This document shows, piece after piece, positions 49,933 through 59,355 of a stretch of 64,000 nt of DNA; the first letter of the stretch is position 1; every line of letters starts with the position of its first letter. The position numbers and the translations under genes were made by a program. The notes below the pieces were generated by a model that was not told the origin of the DNA, ran no database searches, and saw only the letters and a list, made by a program, of their open reading frames with translations. This DNA comes from Candidatus Aminicenantes bacterium (GTDB lineage Bacteria; Acidobacteriota; Aminicenantia; UBA2199), in assembly GCA_963764745.1 (NCBI GenBank), contig CAVXTN010000012.1, positions 458,416 through 522,415 of the forward strand, read 5' to 3'.

Positions 49933-52900
49933 CCCGACCTCCCTTGACCAAATAACGTTGATAAAGGAAAGATACCAGAATCGCGACGACCGCGAAACCA
50001 ACGAAAGAAGCCACTCGATACAATCCGCCCAAGCGCCATAGATCCATAAAGGATATTTTGAAAGCGGTGATCACCAACAAGATCAAGGCGGCCCAACGCA
50101 CCCTGATCTGTTTCCAGCGAATACCAACAATCAGAAGTCCGATCGCATACACCATCCAGCCCAGGCTATATGCCAATTGCTGGGCCAGCCGGCCATAGGT
50201 CCATAGGCTGAAGGCCCGGCCCCGGATTCCAAAGAAAGCGGCGATTTCCACATTGAGCACAAAAAAAGCCATTGCGGACAGCAGGACTCCCCAAAAAGAT
50301 CGCTGACCAATCTGTTCCCAGGGCCAATGATGAACCGGTCGATTCAAGGTCAAGCCGATCAAAATCAATAAGGTGAAAGCAAACAGAAGGGACGGTATAT
50401 TCCAAAGGGGCGTCAGGGCACCGAACGCGTCATTATGCGCAAACGGGTAGAATAAGGTTTTGGTCAGGCCAATTAAAATCAAGATCGCGCCAGCTTTACG
50501 GAATGGCCTGTCCAATCCCCTGGGCCAGAGCAACAAGCCCATGCCATAAATCAGCCAACCGAAAGCCGAAGCCACGGCCATGGTAGCCGTGTGCCCGAAA
50601 AACAGGCGCAAAGAAGCCCCGGGTTGGAAGTAGCTGTTCATTTCCACTTTCACAGCCATGAAACCAGCTACCAGCAAAAGCGCTAAAAAGAAATTCTTCA
50701 TGCCCCTGCTGGTTTCTGATGCTGGCTCGAGCCAAAACAAGACTCCTATAATTGCCAAGGCGATTCCATAGGCCGCCAATCCCAAGTTAAGAACGGGTTG
50801 CAGCCCAGGTACGAAATCAGGAAACAAAAAAGGCAGGAGGATCGTACTTGCGGCCCCGAGGCAGACCAGAATCAGCCCGACAGCGCGCATGACCGGATTT
50901 AAAACGCGCCTGGACCAAAGTACGGCGCCAAAAGCCAGCCAGACTAAAGAGTAAGCGATCCCCTGCCCGGCATTTCCTCCCGGCAAGACTTTGAAAGGTC
51001 CGCTGGCGCCGCTGAAAATATCGGCCACAATCAAGTTGAGCAGAAAAAAACCGGTTCCCAAGGCCAGCCACTTGAAATAATTCGGCAGATCGGACTGGCC
51101 AAAATTCCGTTGCGGAAAAGCGCTTTGTTTAATGGCCAAAAATAAGAAAAACACACAGGCTGCTACTGAGAGCACGGCGCCATTCAACACGATCGCGCCG
51201 TCGGCTCCCTTCATCTGCGGCAGTGCCAAATAGAGAAGAACCAAACCCGTAGGGGCCATGAAGGAAGCCACCAAGCGCAACCCGGCATGCACCACCCTGC
51301 GGTTCAACCAGAGCAGGCAGAATGCTTCGATGACCAGGGTCAAGCCCAGCCAGCCTTTGTCCAGAAGCATGACCGGGACCGACGAAATATAAAACAACAG
51401 CACACCGCCGTGAAAAGCCAACAGGCTGTTCCTTTCGGGACGGTTCCGCAGTGCAGACATCAATTTTGCCAGGACCGGCAGTTTTAAAAACGCAAGAGCC
51501 AGGGGGGTCCATCCGGAAAAATCCCTGGGCCAGAGATGATCCGCCGCATAGATCAGAAAAAAACCTTGCGCAGCTTCAAAAACCGCCCAGGCCATCCAGA
51601 TCTTCGCCCACGCCTCCAGGCGTTTGAAAAAAACAAAAGGAGCGAAAAGGGCCAGGCAGAACAGAATGCCGGACCAGATCACGGAAGAAAGAAACACTTT
51701 TTCCTGCAAGCCGGGCTGCAGAGTCCAGACGCTCTGGGCCAGGAAGGCGGCCACCAGGGCCACCACTCCCAGGGATGAAGAGGATAGTCTTTTTGCCAGA
51801 AAAAGGCTCAAGCCTAAAAGACAGACCAAGGTGACCATGGCGGGATGAGGATTCAACGGGTGTTGCACTCTGAAAGTGACGCCAAGCAAAACAAAAGCGC
51901 CCAGGACCGGGAAGGCCGTTATCCAGTCCATGGCCGCTTTTGAGAGATCAAAAGAGAGTTTGAATGTACCGGTTGCATTGAAAGAATCTTTCCAGGACGG
52001 CAATTTCCGGAAAACATAAAAAATAACCGCGCTCAACAAAGCTCCGGAAACAAGGAGAAAGCTGAAAAACTCCAAGCCGATACCGCCGGCCGGAATACGC
52101 AGGATCCATGTCAATCCGCCGAGAATGAAAAACAAGGTCAACAATCCCACTTGCACCAGGGCCCCGAATACCAGGCAGATCAGGATGCCGAGCAATTCAA
52201 TAACCAATAGTAAAAGCCAAAACCAAAAAGAGATTTCGGGATTTTTCAATACCACTGTCAGGAGCAGCAAGCCCATCGCTACCGGAAAGACCTGGAACCA
52301 TCGCATATGGATATTTTCCAACCCATATTTGCGTATCAGGGCAACCGGTCCCAATCCGCCAACCACGCCATAGACCAACAGAATGACAAAGCCCCAGGAA
52401 AGGTCTTGGGGATTGAAATACAGGACGGTCCATAAAAAAACAATTAAAAAGCTGACGGTTCCATAGGGAATGATTCGTTGAAACCAGCCCCGATTCCTCA
52501 GAGCCAAAACTACCGCGCCAACCATGGCTGCTGTGATCAGAAAGAGCGGCGCATTTCCGGATCGCCCGAGCAATCCCAGAACCGTGAGAGCGGCGGACCC
52601 ATATAGCAAATGCCCGGACCAGGAAAGCGCTTGGTTCTCCTGCGGTTGTTCCGGCATGAAGGCCAGGAAAACACTGAACAAGGCGAGATTGGCGATCCAA
52701 ACTCCGCAGATCAGCATGCTGGCCGCGGCCAGGGCGCCGGCAAAGGTCGCCAAAGCCAGAGTGCCAAGGGTACCGATAGTAGCAACGAGGAGTAGCAAAG
52801 GAGACTTTAATTTTTTAATGACCAAATACAATCCAACGTTGATGACGGCCAGGTAAAGAAAAAGCATGAGCAGGTTCCCCTGGCCGGTTCTGACCATGAT

Positions 52901-53728
52901 CGGGGTCATATACGCGCCCAAAGCGCCCAAAACGGAAATGACAATACCGCGGTGGTAGATGGCCAACACAAAAGCCACGATCGAGACCACGGTCAACAAT
53001 CCGAAGCCCAAGTGCTTTGGCAGGTATTCATAATACAGGGTGGCGGCAAATACCACGCTGTAAAGAACGCCGATGCCGCAGGCACCCAATGTGTGGCGCA
53101 GCCCATAATAGCGGACACGGTCAAAACGGCTGGAAGCGAGGATAAGACCAAGACCTGCCAGGGCGCTGATGGCCAACCGTAAAGCCGGTGGGATCAAATT
53201 TCTGTCAATGGAATACTTGACAAAAAATCCGGCGCCGATGAACAGGGCCACGACGCCGAGCCAAGCAAAGAGTTTGGCGCCGGCAAAGAGTTCCCAATCC
53301 ACGTTGGCCGTGAAGGCGGCCCACTTCTGCGCCCATGGATTTTCCCGGTTTTCCAGCGCTGGCGCCCCTGGTGAAGGCTGGGGCTCGGGTCGCAATGTCG
53401 AAGGCCGTATTTCATAGGCCAAGGCAGGCTCTTTGGGAGGCGCTTTCTTCTTGACATCTTCAAGCGGAGGTTTTTCAATATCAGGAACGGACAGCGGTTC
53501 ATAAAAGGGCGCAGCTTTTTCTTCCGCTTTTGCGGTTTCCGGAATCGGGATATCGGCAGGTTTTTTCTTTTTCCCGGTGATGGGGGGTTTCAACAAATCT
53601 TTGATTCTCTCCAATTCCGTTCTAATTTCCTCAAGTTCGGCTTCCAACTTGCTCTTGGTTGCAAAATGCATGATGAAAAGAATAATGAGCAGCAGTGGAA
53701 ATAGAATTCCCATTCCATCCATTCTCAT
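49910..53728 (-). CDS. DUF2339-like giant polytopic membrane protein (1272 aa)
   Basis: Intact ORF. Has an N-terminal TM helix, a coiled coil (KLEAELEEIRTELERIKDLL) and a Pro/Lys-rich linker. About 30 or more hydrophobic helices follow, starting with the family-like LFAWLGVVALFIGAGFFVKYSIDRNLIPPALRL. Confidence 0.6.
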   Translation of the reverse strand: MRMDGMGILFPLLLIILFIMHFATKSKLEAELEEIRTELERIKDLLKPPITGKKKKPADIPIPETAKAEEKAAPFYEPLSVPDIEKPPLEDVKKKAPPKEPALAYEIRPSTLRPEPQPSPGAPALENRENPWAQKWAAFTANVDWELFAGAKLFAWLGVVALFIGAGFFVKYSIDRNLIPPALRLAISALAGLGLILASSRFDRVRYYGLRHTLGACGIGVLYSVVFAATLYYEYLPKHLGFGLLTVVSIVAFVLAIYHRGIVISVLGALGAYMTPIMVRTGQGNLLMLFLYLAVINVGLYLVIKKLKSPLLLLVATIGTLGTLALATFAGALAAASMLICGVWIANLALFSVFLAFMPEQPQENQALSWSGHLLYGSAALTVLGLLGRSGNAPLFLITAAMVGAVVLALRNRGWFQRIIPYGTVSFLIVFLWTVLYFNPQDLSWGFVILLVYGVVGGLGPVALIRKYGLENIHMRWFQVFPVAMGLLLLTVVLKNPEISFWFWLLLLVIELLGILICLVFGALVQVGLLTLFFILGGLTWILRIPAGGIGLEFFSFLLVSGALLSAVIFYVFRKLPSWKDSFNATGTFKLSFDLSKAAMDWITAFPVLGAFVLLGVTFRVQHPLNPHPAMVTLVCLLGLSLFLAKRLSSSSLGVVALVAAFLAQSVWTLQPGLQEKVFLSSVIWSGILFCLALFAPFVFFKRLEAWAKIWMAWAVFEAAQGFFLIYAADHLWPRDFSGWTPLALAFLKLPVLAKLMSALRNRPERNSLLAFHGGVLLFYISSVPVMLLDKGWLGLTLVIEAFCLLWLNRRVVHAGLRLVASFMAPTGLVLLYLALPQMKGADGAIVLNGAVLSVAACVFFLFLAIKQSAFPQRNFGQSDLPNYFKWLALGTGFFLLNLIVADIFSGASGPFKVLPGGNAGQGIAYSLVWLAFGAVLWSRRVLNPVMRAVGLILVCLGAASTILLPFLFPDFVPGLQPVLNLGLAAYGIALAIIGVLFWLEPASETSRGMKNFFLALLLVAGFMAVKVEMNSYFQPGASLRLFFGHTATMAVASAFGWLIYGMGLLLWPRGLDRPFRKAGAILILIGLTKTLFYPFAHNDAFGALTPLWNIPSLLFAFTLLILIGLTLNRPVHHWPWEQIGQRSFWGVLLSAMAFFVLNVEIAAFFGIRGRAFSLWTYGRLAQQLAYSLGWMVYAIGLLIVGIRWKQIRVRWAALILLVITAFKISFMDLWRLGGLYRVASFVGFAVVAILVSFLYQRYLVKGGRDAEDKNS

Positions 53729-53824
53729 ACCCCCTTTTTTTTATTGGGGAAACTCAAAATTGTTTAAGCAGGAATTTTATAAGGTATCTTTGCGAATTAC
53801 AATCGCTGTCGAAAGATTTAATGA

Positions 53825-54259
53825 TCAATGGTTGAGCATGTGGCTGCCCAAGGCGGTTAAAGTCGAGAATGCCACGCTCCACAGGACCGAGCCCGCCGCC
53901 AGCCAGGGCAGGAGGCGCCGCGGCGGGGCGCCCAGGACCAGTCCCAAGGCCGCGCCCAGGGGCGAGCCGACCAGGAGCGGGGCCAGGAGCCCCCAGCCGA
54001 CCACGCCGTAGCGCAGCCAGACCCTGAACAGCAGCCCGTGCTTTTTTTCCATTTTTTCGCCTTGCCGGCGCCGCTGCAGCCAGGCCTTCACCCGTTCACC
54101 CAGCAGGATCACCACCGTGCCGCCCGCGACCGCTCCCAACGCGGCCACGGCGCAGACCAGGGCCGGATCCAGCTTCATGAGTGCGCCGCTTGGAGCAGCC
54201 GCCCAGAGCTCGGCCACTCCCAAGGCAAAAACAGTCAGCAATTTCCAGGCAATTTTCAT
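53825..54259 (-). CDS. small 4-TM membrane protein, 'putative small multidrug export' family-like
   Basis: Met at 54259 in ORF 53825..54352. Pattern ELWAAAP.G...L (TM pair), basic loop, YG..G.GLLAPLL.G..LGAAL. Confidence 0.4.
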   Translation of the reverse strand: MKIAWKLLTVFALGVAELWAAAPSGALMKLDPALVCAVAALGAVAGGTVVILLGERVKAWLQRRRQGEKMEKKHGLLFRVWLRYGVVGWGLLAPLLVGSPLGAALGLVLGAPPRRLLPWLAAGSVLWSVAFSTLTALGSHMLNH

Positions 54260-54356
54260 TTTCGCAGACTCGCAAATAAACTTCGGCCGCAGCGGCCGGC
54301 CGATCGATTGTAGCCGGTCGCGCTCATGAAGTAAACCGGCCTCGGGAGCCAAAAGA

Positions 54357-54385
54357 TTGAAAATTTTGTTTTTTTGCGCTATCGT
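54357..54385 (+). promoter_or_regulatory. candidate sigma70-like promoter for the OMP / lactate permease genes
   Basis: TTGAAA (54357-54362), 17 nt, TATCGT (54380-54385). Confidence 0.3.
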
Positions 54386-54468
54386 AGCCTTTCGCTGCCG
54401 GCAAGGAAAATCCCAGGGGATGATTTTTTATTGTCCCCTCCAGCCCGGAAACGCGCCACGGAGGAGTC

Positions 54469-55785
54469 ATGTTCAGGAAACTCGTTGTCGGGGCCATGGC
54501 CATCGGCCTTTTGACAAATATCGTGATGCTGAGCGCTCAGGAAAAGCCGGGCGAAAAGAAAAACGGCAAGTTCAAGATATATTTCTGGGAGCGGATCCGC
54601 CAGGAGAGCTCGGACAATGTGTCCAGCCTGAACGACGGCGCCGGCGATTCCAGCGCCTACATGCGCCTGCGCACCAGCATCGGCGGCCAGTGGCGGCCCG
54701 ATGAAACCTGGGAGATCAATTTTCGCCTGACCAATGAGAACCGCTACTACCTGGCGCCCAAGAGCGATCCCAAGCTGAAGAAGAATTTCGATCTCAACGA
54801 AGTTTTCGTCGACCAGCTGAACGTCAGGTGGAAGAATCCCGGCCGCCTGCCCCTGACTGTCACCCTCGGGCGGCAGGAGCTGATGCTGGGCGAAGGGTTC
54901 CTGATCTTTGACGGCGGCCCGCTCGACGGTTCGCGCTCGGCCTATTTCAACGGCCTGCGCCTGGATTACGCCCTGAAAAACCGGGGCAACCTGATGTTCT
55001 TTTTCGTGCGCCAGCCCCGGACCGACTCCCTGCTGCCGGTCCTCAACGACAAGCAACAGCCTCTGGCGGAGCAGGAGGAGCAGGGCGCGGGCTTTTACTT
55101 CAGCGGCTGGCTGAAAAAAACCGCTCTGGAAGCCTACCTGTTCCGCAAGGACACTTTTCAATACGGCCTTCTGCCCAGAGGGGCGATCCACGTCGCCGGC
55201 GGCCGCTTCGTTCACCCTTTCACGGACAAACTCTCGCTGACCGCCGAGGGCGCCCTTCAGCTGGGAACGCTCGGTCCTGAGAAACGCAGCGGCCTGGGCG
55301 GGTATTTTCACCTGGACGACAAGGAGGGCTGGCGCTTTCCCCTTCCCGCCCAATTGACCCTGGGCGGCGTTTATCTGAGCGGCGACGACCCGGCCACGAA
55401 ACGCTATGAAGGCTGGGACCCGGCCTTCAGCCGCTGGCCCAAGTGGAGCGACTCGCTGATCTACCTGCAGGCCAAAGAGACCCGGGTGGCCGACTGGAGC
55501 AATTTCATTTCCCTCTACGCCGGCCTGCTGTTCGCGCCGCTGGAAAAAGTGAGATTGAACCTGGCCTGGCACCACCTGCTGGCCGTCGAGAAAACCCTGC
55601 CCGCCGGGCTGCTCAGCGGCCGGGGCAAGGCCCGCGGCGAATTGTTCATCGTCAAGATCACCTACGAGATCAGCCCCAGCCTGGCCGGGCGCCTCATCTG
55701 GGAAAACTTCAGCCCGGGCAATTTTTATTTCGCCGGCGCCGACGCCTACGGCTGGGTCCAGTTTGAAATGTTCTTTCGCTTCTAG
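54469..55785 (+). CDS. alginate-export-family-like outer-membrane beta-barrel protein
   Basis: 438-aa intact ORF with GGAGGAG upstream and a signal peptide. Shows an alternating beta-strand pattern and ends in an aromatic residue (..FEMFFRF), as expected for an OMP. Confidence 0.55.
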   Translation: MFRKLVVGAMAIGLLTNIVMLSAQEKPGEKKNGKFKIYFWERIRQESSDNVSSLNDGAGDSSAYMRLRTSIGGQWRPDETWEINFRLTNENRYYLAPKSDPKLKKNFDLNEVFVDQLNVRWKNPGRLPLTVTLGRQELMLGEGFLIFDGGPLDGSRSAYFNGLRLDYALKNRGNLMFFFVRQPRTDSLLPVLNDKQQPLAEQEEQGAGFYFSGWLKKTALEAYLFRKDTFQYGLLPRGAIHVAGGRFVHPFTDKLSLTAEGALQLGTLGPEKRSGLGGYFHLDDKEGWRFPLPAQLTLGGVYLSGDDPATKRYEGWDPAFSRWPKWSDSLIYLQAKETRVADWSNFISLYAGLLFAPLEKVRLNLAWHHLLAVEKTLPAGLLSGRGKARGELFIVKITYEISPSLAGRLIWENFSPGNFYFAGADAYGWVQFEMFFRF

Positions 55786-55830
55786 CCGGCGCGAGGCCGA
55801 CCTTATTTGTTCCGCCCAAGGAGTTGAACC

Positions 55831-57381
55831 ATGAACGGAGTGGCTGTTTTTCTGGCCTTGTTGCCCGTGATCCTGATATTCCTGCTGCTGGTCGTGGCCA
55901 GAAAGGCCGCCGATATATCCGGGGCTTTGGGCTGGCTGGCGGCCGTGGCCATTGCCTGGCTCTATTTCCAGACCCCGCTGGCCATCACCTTGAAAGCCAG
56001 CCTCAGCGGCATGATCGCCTCTTTCCCCATTTCCCTGATGGTGGCGACCTCGATCTTCCAGGTCACGGTGATGCTCGAGAGCGGGGCCATCGCGCGCGTG
56101 GTGACGCTGATGAAGACCGTTTCGCCGCAGGACAAGGTCGTGCAGGTGCTGCTCATCAACATCGGCTTCGGCACCCTGATCGCCGCCATGGGGGCGACCC
56201 CGGTTTCGATCCTGCCGCCGATCATGCTGGCCCTGGGCTATTCCACTTTTGTCTCCATTGCCCTGCCGGCCCTGGGCTATGACGCCCTTTGCACCTATGC
56301 CCTGCTGGGCGTTCCCATCGTGGTCTTCGCCAATTTCGTGGGCCGGCCCGTCGGCGATATCGCCCAGGTATTTGCCCGCTACATGCCCTTCATCAGCACC
56401 TGCATCGCTTTCGGCATGCTGTGGATCATCGGCGGCTGGCGGATGATCTGGAAGGGTTTTGCGCCCACGGTGCTGGCGGGCGTCACGGCGGGCATGATCG
56501 CCATCGGCATGAGCGCCATCGGGCTGGTGCCCATTACCGGCATCGCCGCCGGCCTGGGCGTGATCCTGGTCATGCTGGCTTACCTCAAGGCGCGCGGCCG
56601 CAAGCTGATCGATCGCTCGCTCTTGAATGAACAGGACCTGGCGGTCGAGAAAAAAATGAGCCTGCTCGCCGCCACTTCCCCCTGGCTGGCGCTGATCGTT
56701 TTTTCAATACTGATCAGCCTGAAATCCCTGCCGTTTGAAAAACTCTTCAACCTCGATTGGGCCATGCCGCTGACGATCATCCCCGGCGCCCCGGAAAAGG
56801 TCCGCTTGTTCGCCCAGGCCTATTTTTGGATCCTGATCGCCACGTTTCTGGCCATGCCGTTCATGAAGGTCAGCAGGCGGCAATTCGGGATATCGTTGAA
56901 AAAATGGTGGAAGCGGGCTCCGCGGCCCTGTTTTGCCGCCGCCGTCTTCTTTGCCCTGGCTTTTGTGTTGAACCATTCGGGCAAGGGGAGCGATTGGCAA
57001 TTGCTGTCTCCCGCCCACAATATGATCGCCGTGGTCGCCACGGCCGCCGCCTCGGCCTTCGGGAAATTCTACCCGGCCATCGCCCCGTTCATCGGCTTGC
57101 TCGGCGGCTTCGTCAGCGGCTCCGAGTCGTCGGCGATCGCCATGCTGACCAGGCTGCACCTGGCCACGGCCGAAAAGATCGGCGCCTACGGCATCCTCAT
57201 CGCCGCGGCCTCGGGCATCGGCGGCGGGCTGGCCAGCGTCATCTCGCCGGCCAAGCTGCAGAATGCCGCGGCCTCCATCGACCGCATCGGCGAGGAGACC
57301 AAGGTCATTCCCGTCACCTTCGTCATCGCCGTGGCCATTACGCTGGTCTGCGCCGCCTTGACGTTGTGGTGGTCTTATTGA
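55831..57381 (+). CDS. lctP: L-lactate permease (LctP family)
   Basis: 516-aa intact polytopic ORF colinear with the LctP/GlcA family (..LLPVILIF..., IGFGTLIAAMGATPVSILPPIM, GGFVSGSESSAIAM). Confidence 0.8.
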   Translation: MNGVAVFLALLPVILIFLLLVVARKAADISGALGWLAAVAIAWLYFQTPLAITLKASLSGMIASFPISLMVATSIFQVTVMLESGAIARVVTLMKTVSPQDKVVQVLLINIGFGTLIAAMGATPVSILPPIMLALGYSTFVSIALPALGYDALCTYALLGVPIVVFANFVGRPVGDIAQVFARYMPFISTCIAFGMLWIIGGWRMIWKGFAPTVLAGVTAGMIAIGMSAIGLVPITGIAAGLGVILVMLAYLKARGRKLIDRSLLNEQDLAVEKKMSLLAATSPWLALIVFSILISLKSLPFEKLFNLDWAMPLTIIPGAPEKVRLFAQAYFWILIATFLAMPFMKVSRRQFGISLKKWWKRAPRPCFAAAVFFALAFVLNHSGKGSDWQLLSPAHNMIAVVATAAASAFGKFYPAIAPFIGLLGGFVSGSESSAIAMLTRLHLATAEKIGAYGILIAAASGIGGGLASVISPAKLQNAAASIDRIGEETKVIPVTFVIAVAITLVCAALTLWWSY

Positions 57382-57385
57382 ATCC

Positions 57386-57515
57386 GTAGGGGCGAACCTT
57401 GTGTTCGCCCTGTGTTATTCAGAACGATTTCGTCCATTGAATCGAAAGGGCAGGCACGGAGGCCTGCCCCTACGTAACGACCGAACAATTGGGCGATCGC
57501 GAGGATCGCCCCTAC
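57386..57515. repeat. cluster of three REP-like GTAG/CTAC-flanked 8-bp hairpins (BIME-like)
   Basis: Hairpin 1: GTAG-GGGCGAAC-cttgt-GTTCGCCC (57386-57410). Hairpin 2: GGGCAGGC-acggag-GCCTGCCC-CTAC (57448-57473). Hairpin 3: GGGCGATC-gcgag-GATCGCCC-CTAC (57491-57515). Hairpin 1 is inverted relative to 2 and 3. The cluster lies between convergent lctP and the helicase gene. Confidence 0.8.
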
Positions 57516-57534
57516 CCAGTTAGTCTGATTTTTA

Positions 57535-59152
57535 TTACTGCACGACCTGGTCCCATTTTTTGCCGCCCTTGCCCTTGGCCGGCTTGATGAAAACCGGGTG
57601 GCCCTTGATCTGGCAGCGGTTCATGACCTCGATCACCGAGGCGGCGAAGGTCTGGGGCACGTCGACGAAGCTGAAGCGGTCGTGGATGTCGATGGCGCCG
57701 ATCATGCGCCCGGGCAGGTCGGTCTCGCCGGTGATGGCCCCGACGATGTCGCCGGGGCGGATGCTCTGGTCCTTGCCCAGCTTGATCAGCAGCCGGGTCA
57801 TCTCGGCCGCGTTGAAATGGAACTCGGGCTCGGCCGGGACGGCGACGCCCGCCCCCCTGCCGTCTTTTTCCAGGGTCATCTTCAGCAGGGCCGCGGCCAC
57901 GTCGAGCGAGGAATGGTCATCCGCGGTCAGCTTTTCCACCATGGCCACGTATTTTTCCTGGCCGTCGGTCTCCATGACCTGGCGGATCTTTTCCAGCACG
58001 GCGCCGTTGCGGATCCCCTCGACGTCGTCCAGCGAGGGCAGGCGCTGGCGGCGGATGCGCGTCCTGGCGAATTTCTGGATCTCGGCCAGCTTGCTCATTT
58101 CGCGGCCGGCCACGAAGGTGAAGGCGCGGCCGCTCTTGCCGGCCCGGGCCGTGCGCCCGATGCGGTGCACGTAGTACTCCTCGTCGCGGGGCACGTCGTA
58201 GTTGACCACCACCTCGATATCGTTGACGTCGAGCCCGCGCGCCGCCACGTCGGTGGCCACCAGGATCTCCAGGCGGCCGCTGCGGAACTGGCCCATGACG
58301 CGGTCGCGGAAGATCTGCTTCATGTCGCCGTGCAGGCCGCTGGCCGCGTAGCCCCGCGCCTGCAGCTTTTCGACCAGCTCGTCGACGCGGATCTTGGTGT
58401 TGCAGAAGACCAGGACCCGCTTCAGGTCATGGATGTCGATCAGCCGCGCCAGGATCTCGGCCTTCTGGAATTCCTTGACTTCAAAATAGTTCTGTTCGAC
58501 GCCGGGAACGGTCAGGTCCTCGTGCACCACGCGGATCAGTTCCGGCTCGCGTCTGGAAGGCCTTGCTCAGGGAGAGGATGGCCCTGGGCATGGTGGCGGA
58601 AAAGAGCAGGGTCTGGTGCCGGGCCGGGATGGCGGCCAGGATGAATTTCATCTCGTCGACGAAGCCCATGTCCAGCATCTCGTCGGCCTCGTCGAGCACC
58701 GCCGCGCGCACCAGGTCCAGGCGCAGGGTCTTGCGCTCCATGTGGTCGCGGACGCGGCCCGGAGTTCCCACCACCACCTGGACGCCACGCTGCAGGGCGG
58801 CGATCTGGCGTTCGATGGGCTGGCCGCCGTAGACCGGCAGGATGCGGATGTCCTTTTTGTGCTTGCTGAGCAGCTTCAGTTCCTCGGCGATCTGCACGGC
58901 CAGCTCGCGGGTCGGGCAGAGGATCAGGGCCTGCACTTTTTTCTGGGCGGGCTCGATGCGGTCGATGATCGGGATGCCGAAGGCCGCGGTTTTCCCGGTC
59001 CCGGTCTGGGCCTGGCCGATGATGTCGGCGCCGGCCAGGATCGGGCCGATGGCCAGCGACTGGATGGGCGTGGCTTCCTCAAAGCCCATCTCGGCGATGG
59101 CCTTGTTCATTTCCGCGGAAAGGTCGAAATCACTGAAATTCTTTTTTAACAT
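57535..59152 (-). CDS. DEAD-box ATP-dependent RNA helicase with C-terminal DbpA-type RNA-binding domain, frameshifted as assembled
   Basis: Met at 59152. Has the Q motif (F.DF.L...AI..MGFEEATPIQ), AQTGTGKTAAF, PTRELA, DEADEML, SAT and HRIGRTARAG. C-terminal region IRPGDIVGAI...IG.IDI. One break at ~58545. Confidence 0.85.
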
Positions 59153-59311
59153 GGTTGTTTTCCTTTGCAGCAGGAAGGGGGCGCCGTCTTGCATGAGGCT
59201 CTGGCCAGAAACGGTCGCTGCACATGGGAAAACGCAACCATAAAACGCAACCAGCGAGGGAAAGGAGACGATTTATTTTCTATCTGGGAAGTTTCTTCCT
59301 GATGAAAGCGT

Positions 59312-59340
59312 ATTATACCACACCCGACCCCGGCGGTCAA
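59312..59340 (-). promoter_or_regulatory. sigma70-like promoter (extended -10) for the DEAD-box helicase gene
   Basis: Minus strand reads TTGACC (59340-59335), 17 nt ending in TGG, TATAAT (59317-59312). A ~150-nt leader follows. Confidence 0.45.
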
Positions 59341-59355
59341 GGGCCGGCAACCGCG

